Positions 10,025 through 20,263 of a stretch of DNA of 64,000 nucleotides are shown one piece after another; the first letter of the stretch is position 1, and every line of letters starts with the position of its first letter. Origin of the DNA: Candidatus Marinacidobacterales bacterium (lineage in GTDB: Bacteria; Acidobacteriota; Vicinamibacteria; Marinacidobacterales; SMYC01). The notes below the pieces were generated by a model. The model ran no database searches and was not told the origin of the DNA. It saw only the letters and a list, made by a program, of their open reading frames with translations. The stretch spans positions 4,832,001-4,896,000 of the forward strand of contig OZ250169.1 of the NCBI GenBank assembly GCA_965237955.1. The letters run 5' to 3'. The position numbers and the translations under genes are program-made.

Positions 10025-10795
10025 CTACTTCGGAACGAGCTCGATCTCGAAGAGCTTGGGCCAGAGCTTGCCGGTGACGAACAGGCGTTTTCCGGCTTCG
10101 TCCCACGCGATCCCGTTCAAGACGTCTTCCTGTCCGCTGCGTTTTTCGAGAATTCCGGTGAGGTCGATCCACGACAGCACTTTCCCGGTCTCGGGCGAGA
10201 TGCGGGCGATGCGCTCTTGCATCCAGATGTTGGCGTAGATCTCGTCATCGATGTACTCGAGCTCGTTGAGGTTTTCGACGCGGACACCGCCGTCACGCAC
10301 GGTGAGCTGGCGCGTCTCCATGAGGGTATCCGGATTCCAAAAATAGAGCGTCGACGATCCATCGCTCACGATGAGGCTCTCGCCGTCTTGGGTCATTCCC
10401 CAGCCCTCGAGCCCGTAGCGGAACTCGCGCACGAGCTTCATCGACTCGCGCTCGTACACGAAGCCGACCCCGGAGGTCCACGTCAGCTGATAAATCCGAT
10501 CGTCGAGAATCGCGATGCCTTCCGCGAAGTAGGGCAGTAAGAGTGCACGGCGCTCGAGAACCCGCCCGCTCTCGAGCTCGACCCGCCTCAGATCGGAGTG
10601 CCCCCGAAGTCCAGTGCTCTCATACAAAACACCGTCCTGGTAGACGATTCCCTGCGTGAAGGCCCGCCGATCGTGAGGGTACGTGTTCACGACCTTGTAC
10701 GAGTAAACCGGTGTCGGCTCGTCAGCAGTGGCACTGAACCCGATAGGCGCCATGGTAAGCACTGAGACTGACACGAACATAACTCGTCGGAGCAT
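10025..10795 (-). CDS. Glutaminyl-peptide cyclotransferase (plant/bacterial beta-propeller type)
   Basis: PHDRRAFTQG, ESTG, FAEG, QLTW, EGWG, LNELE, VLNGIA, TGKLW. Confidence 0.95.
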   Translation of the reverse strand: MLRRVMFVSVSVLTMAPIGFSATADEPTPVYSYKVVNTYPHDRRAFTQGIVYQDGVLYESTGLRGHSDLRRVELESGRVLERRALLLPYFAEGIAILDDRIYQLTWTSGVGFVYERESMKLVREFRYGLEGWGMTQDGESLIVSDGSSTLYFWNPDTLMETRQLTVRDGGVRVENLNELEYIDDEIYANIWMQERIARISPETGKVLSWIDLTGILEKRSGQEDVLNGIAWDEAGKRLFVTGKLWPKLFEIELVPK

Positions 10796-10892
10796 GATTG
10801 ACTATATCTAATGATAGCCAAAATTGGGTAGTTAGCGCAGCCGGGTAGAATGATAACAACCATTACTCACATTGTAGGAACTCAAGCGGGTC

Positions 10893-10957
10893 GCGGGGAC
10901 TCGTTCACGGGACATCTACACCTTCTACCGTTATTATATCCGTAGGAACGAGCCCGC
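10893..10957. repeat. Imperfect ~26-bp-arm inverted repeat (REP-like hairpin)
   Basis: GCGGGGACTCGTTCACGGGACAT pairs with ATATCCGTAGGAACGAGCCCGC. Confidence 0.45.
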
Positions 10958-11055
10958 AAAACTACTCCACTCCGCGATATTCGAGATGTCTCACGATCGC
11001 GTGTTATAATTTCTGCAATCCAAACTGGAACCCAAACAACTCACGCGCCTTCGCG

Positions 11056-12945
11056 GTGGCGTCGCGGAACCCTATGCCCTCGAAGATCCTTGTCGCCTTT
11101 CTCTGGCACGCACTCGGTGCGTGTCTTCTGCTTTTGATCGGAAGTCTTGCGATCGATGCTCCTTTTTGGGTCCCGGGAGCCGGTCGCCGCACCCTCACCA
11201 TCCTGGTGATGGGATATCTCGCAACTGCCGTGGTTTCAACCACCGCCCTGGTGCGCGACGCCACGCCCCGTCGTTTCGCCACGCCTGCCCTGGGCATTTT
11301 CGTCTTCGTGTTTTTCTGGCTCCTCGTGTCTCCATCTCCGTACTCGCGAGAGGCCATAGCGAGCACGGTCCCCCTGGCGATGACGCTTGTCTTTGGTGGC
11401 ACGCGGGTACATCGCTTCTGGCGTCTCGGGATCCAGCTCCTTTTCATCATGGTTTCTGGAGTCGCGGTTCGGAATCTGATCGTACGCCTCCGCCCCAACC
11501 CCACCGTGACTCGGGAGGTCGCACGAACCGGATTCACGAATGTGGTGGTGACTCAACACTCCGGCTATATCGACAACGTTCGAGTGATGGGAGGTGGCGT
11601 GACGCGTCTTGGAGACGGAGTGCTCCTCGCGACGGGCGACGGTCGCGTGTTTCACGTCGATTGGCCGATGAACGACGAATCTCTCGTCGCAGCGCCTCTA
11701 GACCTACGCATCCCGTTGAACGCGGCCGCGTTTTCCGAGGCCGCGTCCGAAGGCATACGAACCAACGACTTCCGCGCAACCGGCATACTGGCGCAAGAGA
11801 CGGTTGACGGTGTACGTCTTTTCGCGTCGCATCACTACTGGAATACCGAGGAGAGGTGCTACGTCCTCCGGGTCTCGACGTTGACGAGCTCGGTCGAGAC
11901 GCTCCTCGCCGAGGGCGCGCAGGCTTCCTGGGAACCCCTGTTCGATTCCAAGCCGTGTCTGCCGCTCGAAACCGCGCGCGGGCCTTTCTTTGCAGGGAAC
12001 TTGAGCGGCGGAAAGATGGCCATGCTCGACACCGACACCTTGTTGCTCTCGGTCGGCGATCACGGCTACGACGGATGGAATACGGATGAGGCTTTGTCTC
12101 AGAATCCGTCGACGTCGTACGGTAAGACAGTCCGCATTCGACTACCGGGTGGTGACGACGACGTCTTCACCGTCGGCCACCGCAATCCCCAAGGCCTCCA
12201 TGTCGACGCGAACGGCCACGTTTGGCTGACCGAGCACGGCCCCCAAGGCGGCGATGAGCTCAATCTCGTCGAGCACGGCCAGAACTATGGCTGGCCTTGG
12301 GTGACCTACGGAACGAACTATGGAAGTGTCGTTTGGCCACTGAACGAGAACCAAGGTGAGCACCTCGGATTCGTATCACCGGTCTTTTCGTGGGTCCCCT
12401 CTATTGGCATCACTTCCGTCATCCGCGTGGAGCAGCCGCGGTTTCCCACGTGGCGTGGCGATTTGTTAGTTGGCTCTCTCGCAGGCACAACGGTATTCCG
12501 GGTGCGGATCCGACAGGGCCGGGTGGTGTTCGTCGAGCCCATCCCCATTGGACGACGCGTCAGAGACTTCGTAGAAACCTCGAGTGGACGCATCGTGCTC
12601 TGGTTGGATGGAGGAATCGTGGGTCTTCTCGAGGCGGCGCCTCTAGACGGGGGCGAGATGCTCTTTCTCACCCGATGCGGCGGATGTCACGGCGATGGAA
12701 GCGGACCGTCTGCCGGAATCGGGCCGGATTTGAATGGGATTGTCGGAGGGGCGATGGGCACGGCATCGGGCTTTCACTATTCGGATGCATTCAAAGAACA
12801 GGACGCGCGTTGGAGCGAGCGACGGCTGGACGCTTTTCTCGCCGATCCCGTTGGTCAGGTCCCGGGGACGAGCATGCGGACCGGTGCCGTCGAAAACCCC
12901 GTTGAGCGTGCGGCGATTATCGAGCACCTCAAAACGCTTCATTGA
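11056..12945 (+). CDS. PQQ-dependent glucose/sorbosone dehydrogenase-like beta-propeller with N-terminal TM region and C-terminal class I cytochrome c
   Basis: GHRNPQGL, TEHGPQGGDELN, NYGWP; CGGCH heme motif and IGPDL...VPGTSM. Confidence 0.85.
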   Translation: MASRNPMPSKILVAFLWHALGACLLLLIGSLAIDAPFWVPGAGRRTLTILVMGYLATAVVSTTALVRDATPRRFATPALGIFVFVFFWLLVSPSPYSREAIASTVPLAMTLVFGGTRVHRFWRLGIQLLFIMVSGVAVRNLIVRLRPNPTVTREVARTGFTNVVVTQHSGYIDNVRVMGGGVTRLGDGVLLATGDGRVFHVDWPMNDESLVAAPLDLRIPLNAAAFSEAASEGIRTNDFRATGILAQETVDGVRLFASHHYWNTEERCYVLRVSTLTSSVETLLAEGAQASWEPLFDSKPCLPLETARGPFFAGNLSGGKMAMLDTDTLLLSVGDHGYDGWNTDEALSQNPSTSYGKTVRIRLPGGDDDVFTVGHRNPQGLHVDANGHVWLTEHGPQGGDELNLVEHGQNYGWPWVTYGTNYGSVVWPLNENQGEHLGFVSPVFSWVPSIGITSVIRVEQPRFPTWRGDLLVGSLAGTTVFRVRIRQGRVVFVEPIPIGRRVRDFVETSSGRIVLWLDGGIVGLLEAAPLDGGEMLFLTRCGGCHGDGSGPSAGIGPDLNGIVGGAMGTASGFHYSDAFKEQDARWSERRLDAFLADPVGQVPGTSMRTGAVENPVERAAIIEHLKTLH

Positions 12946-13025
12946 GGCCGGCTCCCCCAAACGTTCCATCAAACTTTGACCGGCACCGATTCCAATCACA
13001 ACTCAGCTTTGTCACAATGGCGGGC

Positions 13026-14330
13026 ATGAATCTGGATGCGCTTTTCAAAGCTCACGTTGCCGAGCGGCAGCAGAAGCTCGCCAAAGCCCTGGAAGCGACG
13101 GAGCTCGACACTCTCGTCGTTTCGAGCGGCTCGCCGTTCACCTACTTCGCGGACGACCAGGACGCGCCGTTTCACTCCGCCGATCACTTCTCCCATTGGT
13201 GCCCTCTCGAAGGCCCTCACCACGTGCTGGTGCTCGAGCCCGGCGAACGTCCGCGACTCGTCCGTTACGCTCCCGAGGACTACTGGTACGAGCCCGCGAC
13301 GCTAGGCAGTCCCTTCTGGCTCTCCGAGCTCGACCTCGAAGAGGCGGGGACGGTCGATGCCGTGTGGGAAGTGCTCGGCCAGCTGAAAAACGCTGCCTAT
13401 GTCGGCAACGAGACCACGCACGCGGAGGCGGCCGGTCTATCCGTCAACCCCGAAAAGCTCGTGGTGCGGCTCGACTGGGATCGGGGCTACAAGTCCGACT
13501 ACGAGCTCCAATGCCTCGACGAAGCGAGCGAGCTCGGCGCGAAGGGGCACGTTGCGGCGAAAGCAGCGTTCGAGTCCGGCGCTTCGGAGCTGGATATTCA
13601 CTATGCGTTCGTGCAAGCGCTCGCTCAGACGGATGCCGAGCTGCCGTACCCCACGATCGTCGCGCTGAACGAGAAAGCTGCGTTTCTGCACTACGAGACC
13701 AAGCGCACAATGGGTAACGGGAAGGTGCTCCTCATCGATGCCGGTGGCGAAGTGCGTGGGTATGCCTCGGACATCACCAGGACTCATGTCGCGAGCGACT
13801 GTGACCCGCGCTTCGTCAGATTGCGCGACGGGATGGACGCGTTGCAGCAAGAGCTCTGTGCCGCGGTCAAGCCCGGGCTTCCCTACGGTGAGCTGCACCA
13901 CGAAGCGCACCTGAAGATCGCTGCGCTGCTGCAAAAGAGCGATATCGTTCGTGCGGATCCTGAGGAATCGGTGAGCCTCGGTTTGAGCCGGCCGTTTTTC
14001 CCCCACGGGCTCGGCCACCATCTCGGACTCCAGGTGCACGACGTCGGCGGCCATCTTGCCGACGCGAGCGGTGCGAAAGCGCCGCCACCGGAGCTACACC
14101 CCCACCTCAGAAACACGAGGACCATCGAGCCGGGTCACGTCTTTACCGTCGAGCCCGGTCTCTACTTCATCGAGATGCTGCTGCGAGAGTTCCGAGACGG
14201 CGAGCACGCGGAGCGCTTCAATTGGAGCCTCATTGACGAGCTCGCCCCTTTGGGAGGGATCCGCATCGAAGACAACGTCGTAGTGACGCAAGATGGGCAT
14301 CGCAACCTGACGCGTTCCTATCTACCGTGA
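13026..14330 (+). CDS. pepQ: Xaa-Pro dipeptidase (prolidase)
   Basis: LIDAG, YASDITRT, PHGLGHHLGLQVHD, TVEPGLYF, GGIRIEDN. Confidence 0.92.
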   Translation: MNLDALFKAHVAERQQKLAKALEATELDTLVVSSGSPFTYFADDQDAPFHSADHFSHWCPLEGPHHVLVLEPGERPRLVRYAPEDYWYEPATLGSPFWLSELDLEEAGTVDAVWEVLGQLKNAAYVGNETTHAEAAGLSVNPEKLVVRLDWDRGYKSDYELQCLDEASELGAKGHVAAKAAFESGASELDIHYAFVQALAQTDAELPYPTIVALNEKAAFLHYETKRTMGNGKVLLIDAGGEVRGYASDITRTHVASDCDPRFVRLRDGMDALQQELCAAVKPGLPYGELHHEAHLKIAALLQKSDIVRADPEESVSLGLSRPFFPHGLGHHLGLQVHDVGGHLADASGAKAPPPELHPHLRNTRTIEPGHVFTVEPGLYFIEMLLREFRDGEHAERFNWSLIDELAPLGGIRIEDNVVVTQDGHRNLTRSYLP

Positions 14331-14455
14331 ACGCTTCTACGCTTCACCGTGCACTAGCGCCCCGCTAGAATCTCCTTTACTGACGCCAGTTCTACCCGGA
14401 GTGGCGCAACCCATCCTGGGTGGCGCTATACTGACGTACAGGAGAAGCAGGTTCG

Positions 14456-15337
14456 ATGTCCGAGGAGATCTCAGCGGCGTTTCCGTTCGAATCGAAATTC
14501 CTCGAAGTTCGGGGCTCGAAGATGCACTACGTGGAGCAGGGGGAGGGCGACCCCATTCTGTTCCTGCACGGCAATCCAACGTCTTCATATTTGTGGCGCA
14601 ACGTCATCCCGCACATGAGCGGGCACGGCCGGTGTATCGCGCCGGACCTCATCGGGATGGGTAAATCCGACAAGCCCGATCTCGAATACAGGTTTTTCGA
14701 GCACGCGAACTACGTCGAGGACTTCATCGACGCCCTCGGGCTTTCGAATATCACCCTCGTCATCCACGACTGGGGCTCGGGGCTCGGCTTCCATTACGCC
14801 GCGCTCCAACCGGACAGGATCAAAGCCATTGCGTTCATGGAAGCGATCGTCCTGCCAGTGCCGAGCTGGGACACGTTCTCGAGCGATTTCAAAGAGATCT
14901 TTCAGTCCTTCCGTACCGAAAAAGTCGGATGGGACCTGATCGTCAACAAGAACTTCTTCGTCGAGAAGATTCTCCCGAGCGGCGTCGTGCGCGAGCTGAC
15001 CGAAGAAGAGATGAACGTTTACCGCGAGCCTTATCTCGAACCGGAAACGCGCAAGCCACTCTGGCGCTGGCCGAACGAGATCCCGATCGAAGGCGAGCCG
15101 TCTGACGTCAACGAGGCCGTCCTCAAATACAACGCCAAGCTCGTCGAGTGGGACATTCCCAAATTGTTGTTCTACGCCGAGCCCGGCGCAATCCTTCCGA
15201 AGCCCGCCGTCGAATGGTGTGAGGTCAACCTCAAGAACTTGACGAGCATCAACCTCGGCAAGGGACGCCACTACTTGCAGGAAGACCATCCCCACGCGAT
15301 CGGCGAGGGTATTGCCGAGTGGTATCGGGGACTCTGA
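14456..15337 (+). CDS. Haloalkane dehalogenase (DhaA-like)
   Basis: LHGNPTSSYLWRN, IHDWGS nucleophile, HYLQED catalytic His. Confidence 0.9.
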   Translation: MSEEISAAFPFESKFLEVRGSKMHYVEQGEGDPILFLHGNPTSSYLWRNVIPHMSGHGRCIAPDLIGMGKSDKPDLEYRFFEHANYVEDFIDALGLSNITLVIHDWGSGLGFHYAALQPDRIKAIAFMEAIVLPVPSWDTFSSDFKEIFQSFRTEKVGWDLIVNKNFFVEKILPSGVVRELTEEEMNVYREPYLEPETRKPLWRWPNEIPIEGEPSDVNEAVLKYNAKLVEWDIPKLLFYAEPGAILPKPAVEWCEVNLKNLTSINLGKGRHYLQEDHPHAIGEGIAEWYRGL

Positions 15338-15343
15338 CGACCT

Positions 15344-15727
15344 CTATTCCTTCGGAACCGGTCGCGGCTTGCGCTCGTCATCGATCGCGACGAACGTAAA
15401 CACGCCTTCCGTGACTTTGACGCTTTCTCCTTTGCGGTCCCGGAGCACCCAGGCTTCGACATGGATGGTCATTGACGTCGTACCGATGCTCTCGATGTCT
15501 GTATAGACGCACAAGATATCGCCGACGTAGACGGGGAGCTTGAAGATCATTCCGTCGATGGCGACGGTGGCAGCGCGTCCTTGTGAGCGCAGGCTCGCTG
15601 CCATCCCCGCGGCGATATCCATCTGCGAGATCACCCAGCCTCCAAAAATATCGCCGTTCGGGTTCGCGTCTCGCGGCATCGCCAGTGTGCGCAGCGACAA
15701 CTGCCCTCGCGGTTCCTCAGAGCTCAT
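15344..15727 (-). CDS. Acyl-CoA thioesterase (YciA-like hotdog fold)
   Basis: AMPRDANPNGDIFGGW. Confidence 0.9.
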   Translation of the reverse strand: MSSEEPRGQLSLRTLAMPRDANPNGDIFGGWVISQMDIAAGMAASLRSQGRAATVAIDGMIFKLPVYVGDILCVYTDIESIGTTSMTIHVEAWVLRDRKGESVKVTEGVFTFVAIDDERKPRPVPKE

Positions 15728-15758
15728 ATATCGGTTTCCTCTGTGACGGGTTTCCATG

Positions 15759-16338
15759 TCAGCCCAACTCGTCGAGCGTCAGCTTGAAGCTCGGAACGAA
15801 CGTTTCCATGAAGTAGGTCACCTCGGGGAGGTCGATGGCGATGGCGTTCACGGTCTTCCGGAGCGATTGCTCGGCCTGTGAGAACTCGGTGTTGCCCGCC
15901 GCGGTCTCTTCCAGGCATTTGATGTACGCGCACAGCTTGTCGGCGGCCTTGACGATGTGAACGTGCTCGTTGTCGTTCGGTACGAGGACATCGCGGTAGT
16001 CCGTCGTCAGCTCATCCGGGACCATGTCCACGAGTCTCTCGGCCGCCGAGGCTTCGATAGCGTGATATGCCTTCTGAATGTCTGGATTGAAGTACTTGAT
16101 GGGCGAGGGGAGGTCGCCAGTGAGAACCTCGCTTGCGTCGTGATACAGCGCGAGGACCACGACGGCGCTCCGGATTCACCGAGCCTTCGAACCGGCGGTT
16201 CCGGATGAGCGCAAGCGCGTGCGCAATCTGCGCCACTCGGAGGCTGTGCTCTTGGACGTTCTCCGAGTAGGTGTTATGCATCAAGCCCCACCGCCTGATG
16301 AACTTCATCCGCGAGAGGTAAGCGAAGAAGTGGCTCAC
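15759..16338 (-). pseudogene. yfbR: 5'-deoxynucleotidase YfbR, +1 frameshift near 16165
   Basis: [19 protein letters not shown]...ENVQEHS in one frame; [16 protein letters not shown]...KAADKLCAYIKC in another. Confidence 0.85.
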
Positions 16339-16500
16339 AGCTCCTCCACGTGTTTCGCCAAACTCTCGAGCTGGCCGCGCAGAACCCCGTCGACGGCTCC
16401 GGCGAGGGAGCCCGAGCCCGCCTCCGGCGGAGTAGTATCCACCGACCACGTACGTCAGCGTGATCTGCGTGCCGTCGCCCGAGGCTAATAGACCCCACAT
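16335..16500 (-). pseudogene. Collapsed SRPBCC/START-like gene remnant
   Basis: TAGAAT-N7-ATG (MWGLL) fused to [13 protein letters not shown]...[23 protein letters not shown]; stop overlaps the yfbR GTG. Confidence 0.55.
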
Positions 16501-16592
16501 GGGTCCGATTCTATAACGGTGGCGTCGTCGTGTCAGAGCGGCAGGTATCGAACTTGTCTGGCCCATTCGTTCTCAAGGCTGCATGGTGACGA

Positions 16593-17666
16593 TTAAAGCC
16601 GAATCCCGAGAAGCGACACGACGTGCGAGATGCGGTTCACGATGGTGACCCCGTCGCCGCCGGCGAACAGAAGGCCGCCTACGAATCCGTCTTCGTCGAC
16701 GACAGCGGAGCCGGAATCTCCACCTTGTGAGAAGTCGCCGCTGTCGGCGCGGATGACGAATTGATCGCCGAACGTGGCGATGCCTTTGCCGGTGCCGTAG
16801 TCCACCTGGCTGGTTGCGCTCACGGTCTCGACGGTGCCGGTTGTTGTCTCGGTGGTTCGGCCCGCCTTGATGACGCGATCGCCAAGGTCGAGATCGCGAA
16901 AACCCTGAATCTCGCCGATTGCCGGGATCTCGAGGTCGACCCAATCCTCGAGAAGAACACGCGCTATGGCGGCGTCCACGAGGTTCGGCTCGGGCTGGTC
17001 GATGACGTTCGGTCGGGCGACGACGAGCCGGTAGGGGCAACCGAGCATCTTGGCGATGGCGTTCGCGGGCCACTTCCAGAGCTTCCAGCCGAACGCTGCG
17101 GAGGATTTCTTGCCGCCGTTCCCGTTCCCACTATCGAAGCGGATGCGGACGTACTCCGTAAGCCGAGCGAACCTGTCGTTGTCCGTCCCGCCGTCGGCAC
17201 GGCCGGGCTGGCGGATGAAATCGCCGAGGACGGCGTCGTTGCTGTTGGCGATGACGTGGTTGTTGGAAAGGATATAGTGCTCGTCGCCCGGGCCGCGATG
17301 GACCCACGCGCCCAGGGTACCCGCCGTGACCTGGGGATGGCCGACGGAATAGCCGGGAGGGCACGGACGACGCTTTTGCGTCAAGGACTGCGTGCCGACA
17401 TCCATCACGTCGGCGAGTGCCTTGATCTCACCGTACTCGATGACGTCGGTGTCGACGCCTCCAATGCTGCGCGCGATGAGCTCCCCCGCTGGAACCTGCG
17501 CCTCGGGGAGCTTTTTCTTGACGCCTATGACGATGCAGACCTCGTCGGTGCGGACGCCACCTTTGTATTTGAAACCGATACCGATCGAAACGACGTTGGG
17601 GTGGGACTTCAGCTGAGTCTCAGCATCGGCACAGGCCGTACGATGTGCTTTCGTGACCTTCGCCAT
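16593..17666 (-). CDS. Trypsin-like serine protease (Nal1-like), no signal peptide
   Basis: Triad motifs ILSNNHV, VDAAIA, GGDSGS; N-terminal PNVVSIGIGFK...VKKKLP domain. Confidence 0.8.
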   Translation of the reverse strand: MAKVTKAHRTACADAETQLKSHPNVVSIGIGFKYKGGVRTDEVCIVIGVKKKLPEAQVPAGELIARSIGGVDTDVIEYGEIKALADVMDVGTQSLTQKRRPCPPGYSVGHPQVTAGTLGAWVHRGPGDEHYILSNNHVIANSNDAVLGDFIRQPGRADGGTDNDRFARLTEYVRIRFDSGNGNGGKKSSAAFGWKLWKWPANAIAKMLGCPYRLVVARPNVIDQPEPNLVDAAIARVLLEDWVDLEIPAIGEIQGFRDLDLGDRVIKAGRTTETTTGTVETVSATSQVDYGTGKGIATFGDQFVIRADSGDFSQGGDSGSAVVDEDGFVGGLLFAGGDGVTIVNRISHVVSLLGIRL

Positions 17667-17711
17667 GCCCGGACCATACACCAAGCACGGTCGTGGCGTG
17701 TGTGACCGAGA

Positions 17712-18966
17712 TCAACTCGGGCGCCACATCGTATTGATCACCAGCGGCAAGTCGATCGGATCGTAACCCCACTTCGGCTGGCCTTCCCAACCCTCGAGCT
17801 CGATATCCGTAAGCGGTTTGTCGGGCGGTTTCGGCGGTGACGGAACTTCCGGTATCACCCATCCCCTGGAATGCGTGAAACGAAACTTGCCGTCGGCGAG
17901 CATCTCGACACGATAATCGCCATCGTGAACCAAATGATGGTGGTAACTTGCAGAGGTTGCAAAGATTTCGGAGCTTGGTCCCACCTCCCTCCGCCCAGAA
18001 CTCGAGGTGATGGCCCTGCACGAACTTGCTGTGACAGCCCGGCCACACGCATGTGGGGTCGCGAGCGTCGAGAGCGCGCCGAATCGCGGGTGGGATCTTC
18101 CTGGTTTTGCGCCCGACGTCTAGCACGTTGCCTTTCTCGTCGTGTTTCATCTCGACGATCGACGCGTCGCACGCGATCCGTCGAGACGTTTCCGCAGAAA
18201 CGCCGATCCCGCCTTCCAAAGCGGATTGACCGGGCTGTTCTGGGTCCTCGAGTACCTGCTGGTCGATATGGACGACCACTTGATAGCGGTCCGCGCTGTT
18301 GCCGGGGTCTAGCTCTGTCTTCAAAGCGGCTTCCGCGATGAGCTTCAACGCTTCGACCCGCCGATGCTCTAGTGACCGTCTCCTGTCATCCTTATAGAGA
18401 ACGTCCGATGCCGCTTCGAGCGCTTTGACGACGACCGCACCAACCTCCGCCGGTAATCTGCCCTTGATCACGACCATCCCGTCGTCGTCTACGTAGGTCG
18501 TGAGGCTCGCGTGGTCTTGCTGGTAGTTGGCGTGGTCTTTTTCCGCCTGGAGGTCGACTTTGCGCCAGGCGCGGACAATGCGCTCGACCTGACACGCCGT
18601 TCCGCCGAGCGCGATGGTGAGCAATGGCTCCTCGTTGTTCGGCGTCGCCACGCGCGTCACCGCGCGCACTTTCGAGTAGGAGATCTCACCCTTGCTCATG
18701 GACTCGCTGATGAGGGGCAAGTTCGCCAAAGCGCGGGCCACCCGGATTTTCTCGCGAGCCGCTCCGGCATTGAGGCCGACGCGCCACGACAGCCAGTGAG
18801 CGCATGTCTTGCAGCCCTGTTGCGCCCAACCACCTTTCTCATCGAACTCGCGGAGCAGCACCAACAGCCGGTAATCGGCTGACTGGAGCTGGGCGGAAAG
18901 TGCGGCAATCTCCTCGGCGAGCTCGTCGTTGCGCAAGTATTCCTCGCCGTACGTGGGTTGCCTCAT
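17712..18966 (-). mobile_element. DUF222/HNH endonuclease (13E12-like), +1 frameshift near 17945
   Basis: AHWLSWR, SYSKVRA, RRIACDA, RRALDARDPTCVWPGC, GHHLEFWAEGG...NLCNLC/YHHHLVH. Confidence 0.85.
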
Positions 18967-19030
18967 GGGTTCCAAGTTGGCCGGAAACTGCCTCGTTGGC
19001 GGGTAGATTTCTATGTCTTCCGTTAGGTGT

Positions 19031-19060
19031 ATCTTAAGTGTAAACATGACGTAAAGTCAA
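19031..19060 (-). promoter_or_regulatory. Sigma70-like promoter of the HNH gene
   Basis: TTGACT-N18-TAAGAT on the minus strand in an AT-rich leader. Confidence 0.55.
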
Positions 19061-19194
19061 ATCAGGCAGCTAGTTAACTTCTCTACTTGTTTGCACTTGC
19101 GGGAGATTTTTTGTTTCTTTTTTACCCACTTCAGAACTTTGCCGACAGGATCAACGGGTCCGAGCACTAGGCGAGGTACAATCCCGCGATTTCG

Positions 19195-19299
19195 ATGACG
19201 AGCATGAACCTGTGGCTGGTGACGCGCTGGGACGACGTCGAGCTCCACGGCTTCGAGTTCCGTGGCCCCAAGGCGCTGAACGTACGATGGGATGTGTGA
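19195..19299 (+). pseudogene. Collapsed cytochrome P450 remnant (34-codon in-frame mini-ORF)
   Basis: MTSMNLWLVTRWDDV (P450 N-terminal beta1 motif) fused to ELHGFEFRGPKALNVRWDV* (P450 C-terminus). Confidence 0.7.
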
Positions 19300-19305
19300 C
19301 CGGAT

Positions 19306-20259
19306 ATGGAGGTGACCATGCGAACTGTTTTTGTGATCGGTGTGCTGGCGTTGGCATTTCCCACGTTCGCGCAGGAACCGCTTCAGATTACGCTGCTCGG
19401 AACGGGGAACCCACGGCCGTCGATGGAGCGTTTCGGCCCTTCGATCCTCGTCGAGGCGGGCGAGACCGACATCCTCATCGATGTCGGCCGCGGCGCCATC
19501 CAGCGTCTGTTCCAGATCGGAGCCGCTCAGCAGATCCGTGACGTCGACATGGTGTTGTTCACTCATCTCCATTCGGATCACATCGTGGGCTTTCCCGACT
19601 TCTGGCTCACCGGTTGGGTCTTCGGTCGCGACCGGCCGCTTCCGGTGATGGGCCCTCCCGGTACGAAATCCATGTGCGACCACCTCGATCAAGCGTTCAC
19701 GTTCGACAGGAAGGTCCGCGGCCGTGACGCGAGGTTTCAGAGCGAAGGCATCGTTCTGGAGACAAAAGACGTCGAGCCTTCTCTCATCTATGAGTCCGGC
19801 GGGCTCACCATCACGGCGTTCGAGGTCGACCACGGCGACGGGATTGCGCCCGCCTACGGCTACCGCGTTGACTACAGCGCGTACTCGGCTGTGTTCTCCG
19901 GAGACATGAGATACGACGAGCGCATCATCGAGCACGCCAAAGGCGTCGACGTTCTCGTCATGGAAGTGATCAGCGCGGAAGTCGAGATGCGCCGTGCGCA
20001 GGTCCAGGGCCCTCTGGCTGTCGAGAAGGTCATCGCCCACCACATCAGTGAGGAACAGGCCGGATCGATTTTCGCGCGCGTCGAGCCGCGCCTTGCGGTC
20101 TACTCCCATATCGCGCCGTCGCCGGCGATCGCCGAGGATCTGATTCCACCCACACGCCGCACCTACGACGGACCCTTGGCCGTGGGTTATGACCTGATGA
20201 AAATAACGATCGGCGAGACCGTCGAGGTTCACCCGAGACGAATCATCAGCGACAAGTAA
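19306..20259 (+). CDS. MBL-fold hydrolase (RNase Z/arylsulfatase-like), secreted
   Basis: LLGTG, THLHSDH, FSGD; signal peptide. Confidence 0.88.
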   Translation: MEVTMRTVFVIGVLALAFPTFAQEPLQITLLGTGNPRPSMERFGPSILVEAGETDILIDVGRGAIQRLFQIGAAQQIRDVDMVLFTHLHSDHIVGFPDFWLTGWVFGRDRPLPVMGPPGTKSMCDHLDQAFTFDRKVRGRDARFQSEGIVLETKDVEPSLIYESGGLTITAFEVDHGDGIAPAYGYRVDYSAYSAVFSGDMRYDERIIEHAKGVDVLVMEVISAEVEMRRAQVQGPLAVEKVIAHHISEEQAGSIFARVEPRLAVYSHIAPSPAIAEDLIPPTRRTYDGPLAVGYDLMKITIGETVEVHPRRIISDK

Positions 20260-20263
20260 CGAC

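Noticed and set aside
19040-19055. GTAAA-N6-GTAAA direct repeat inside the HNH promoter as a LexA-like box
   Set aside because: 11-bp period fits, but the sequence does not match a LexA consensus I can name
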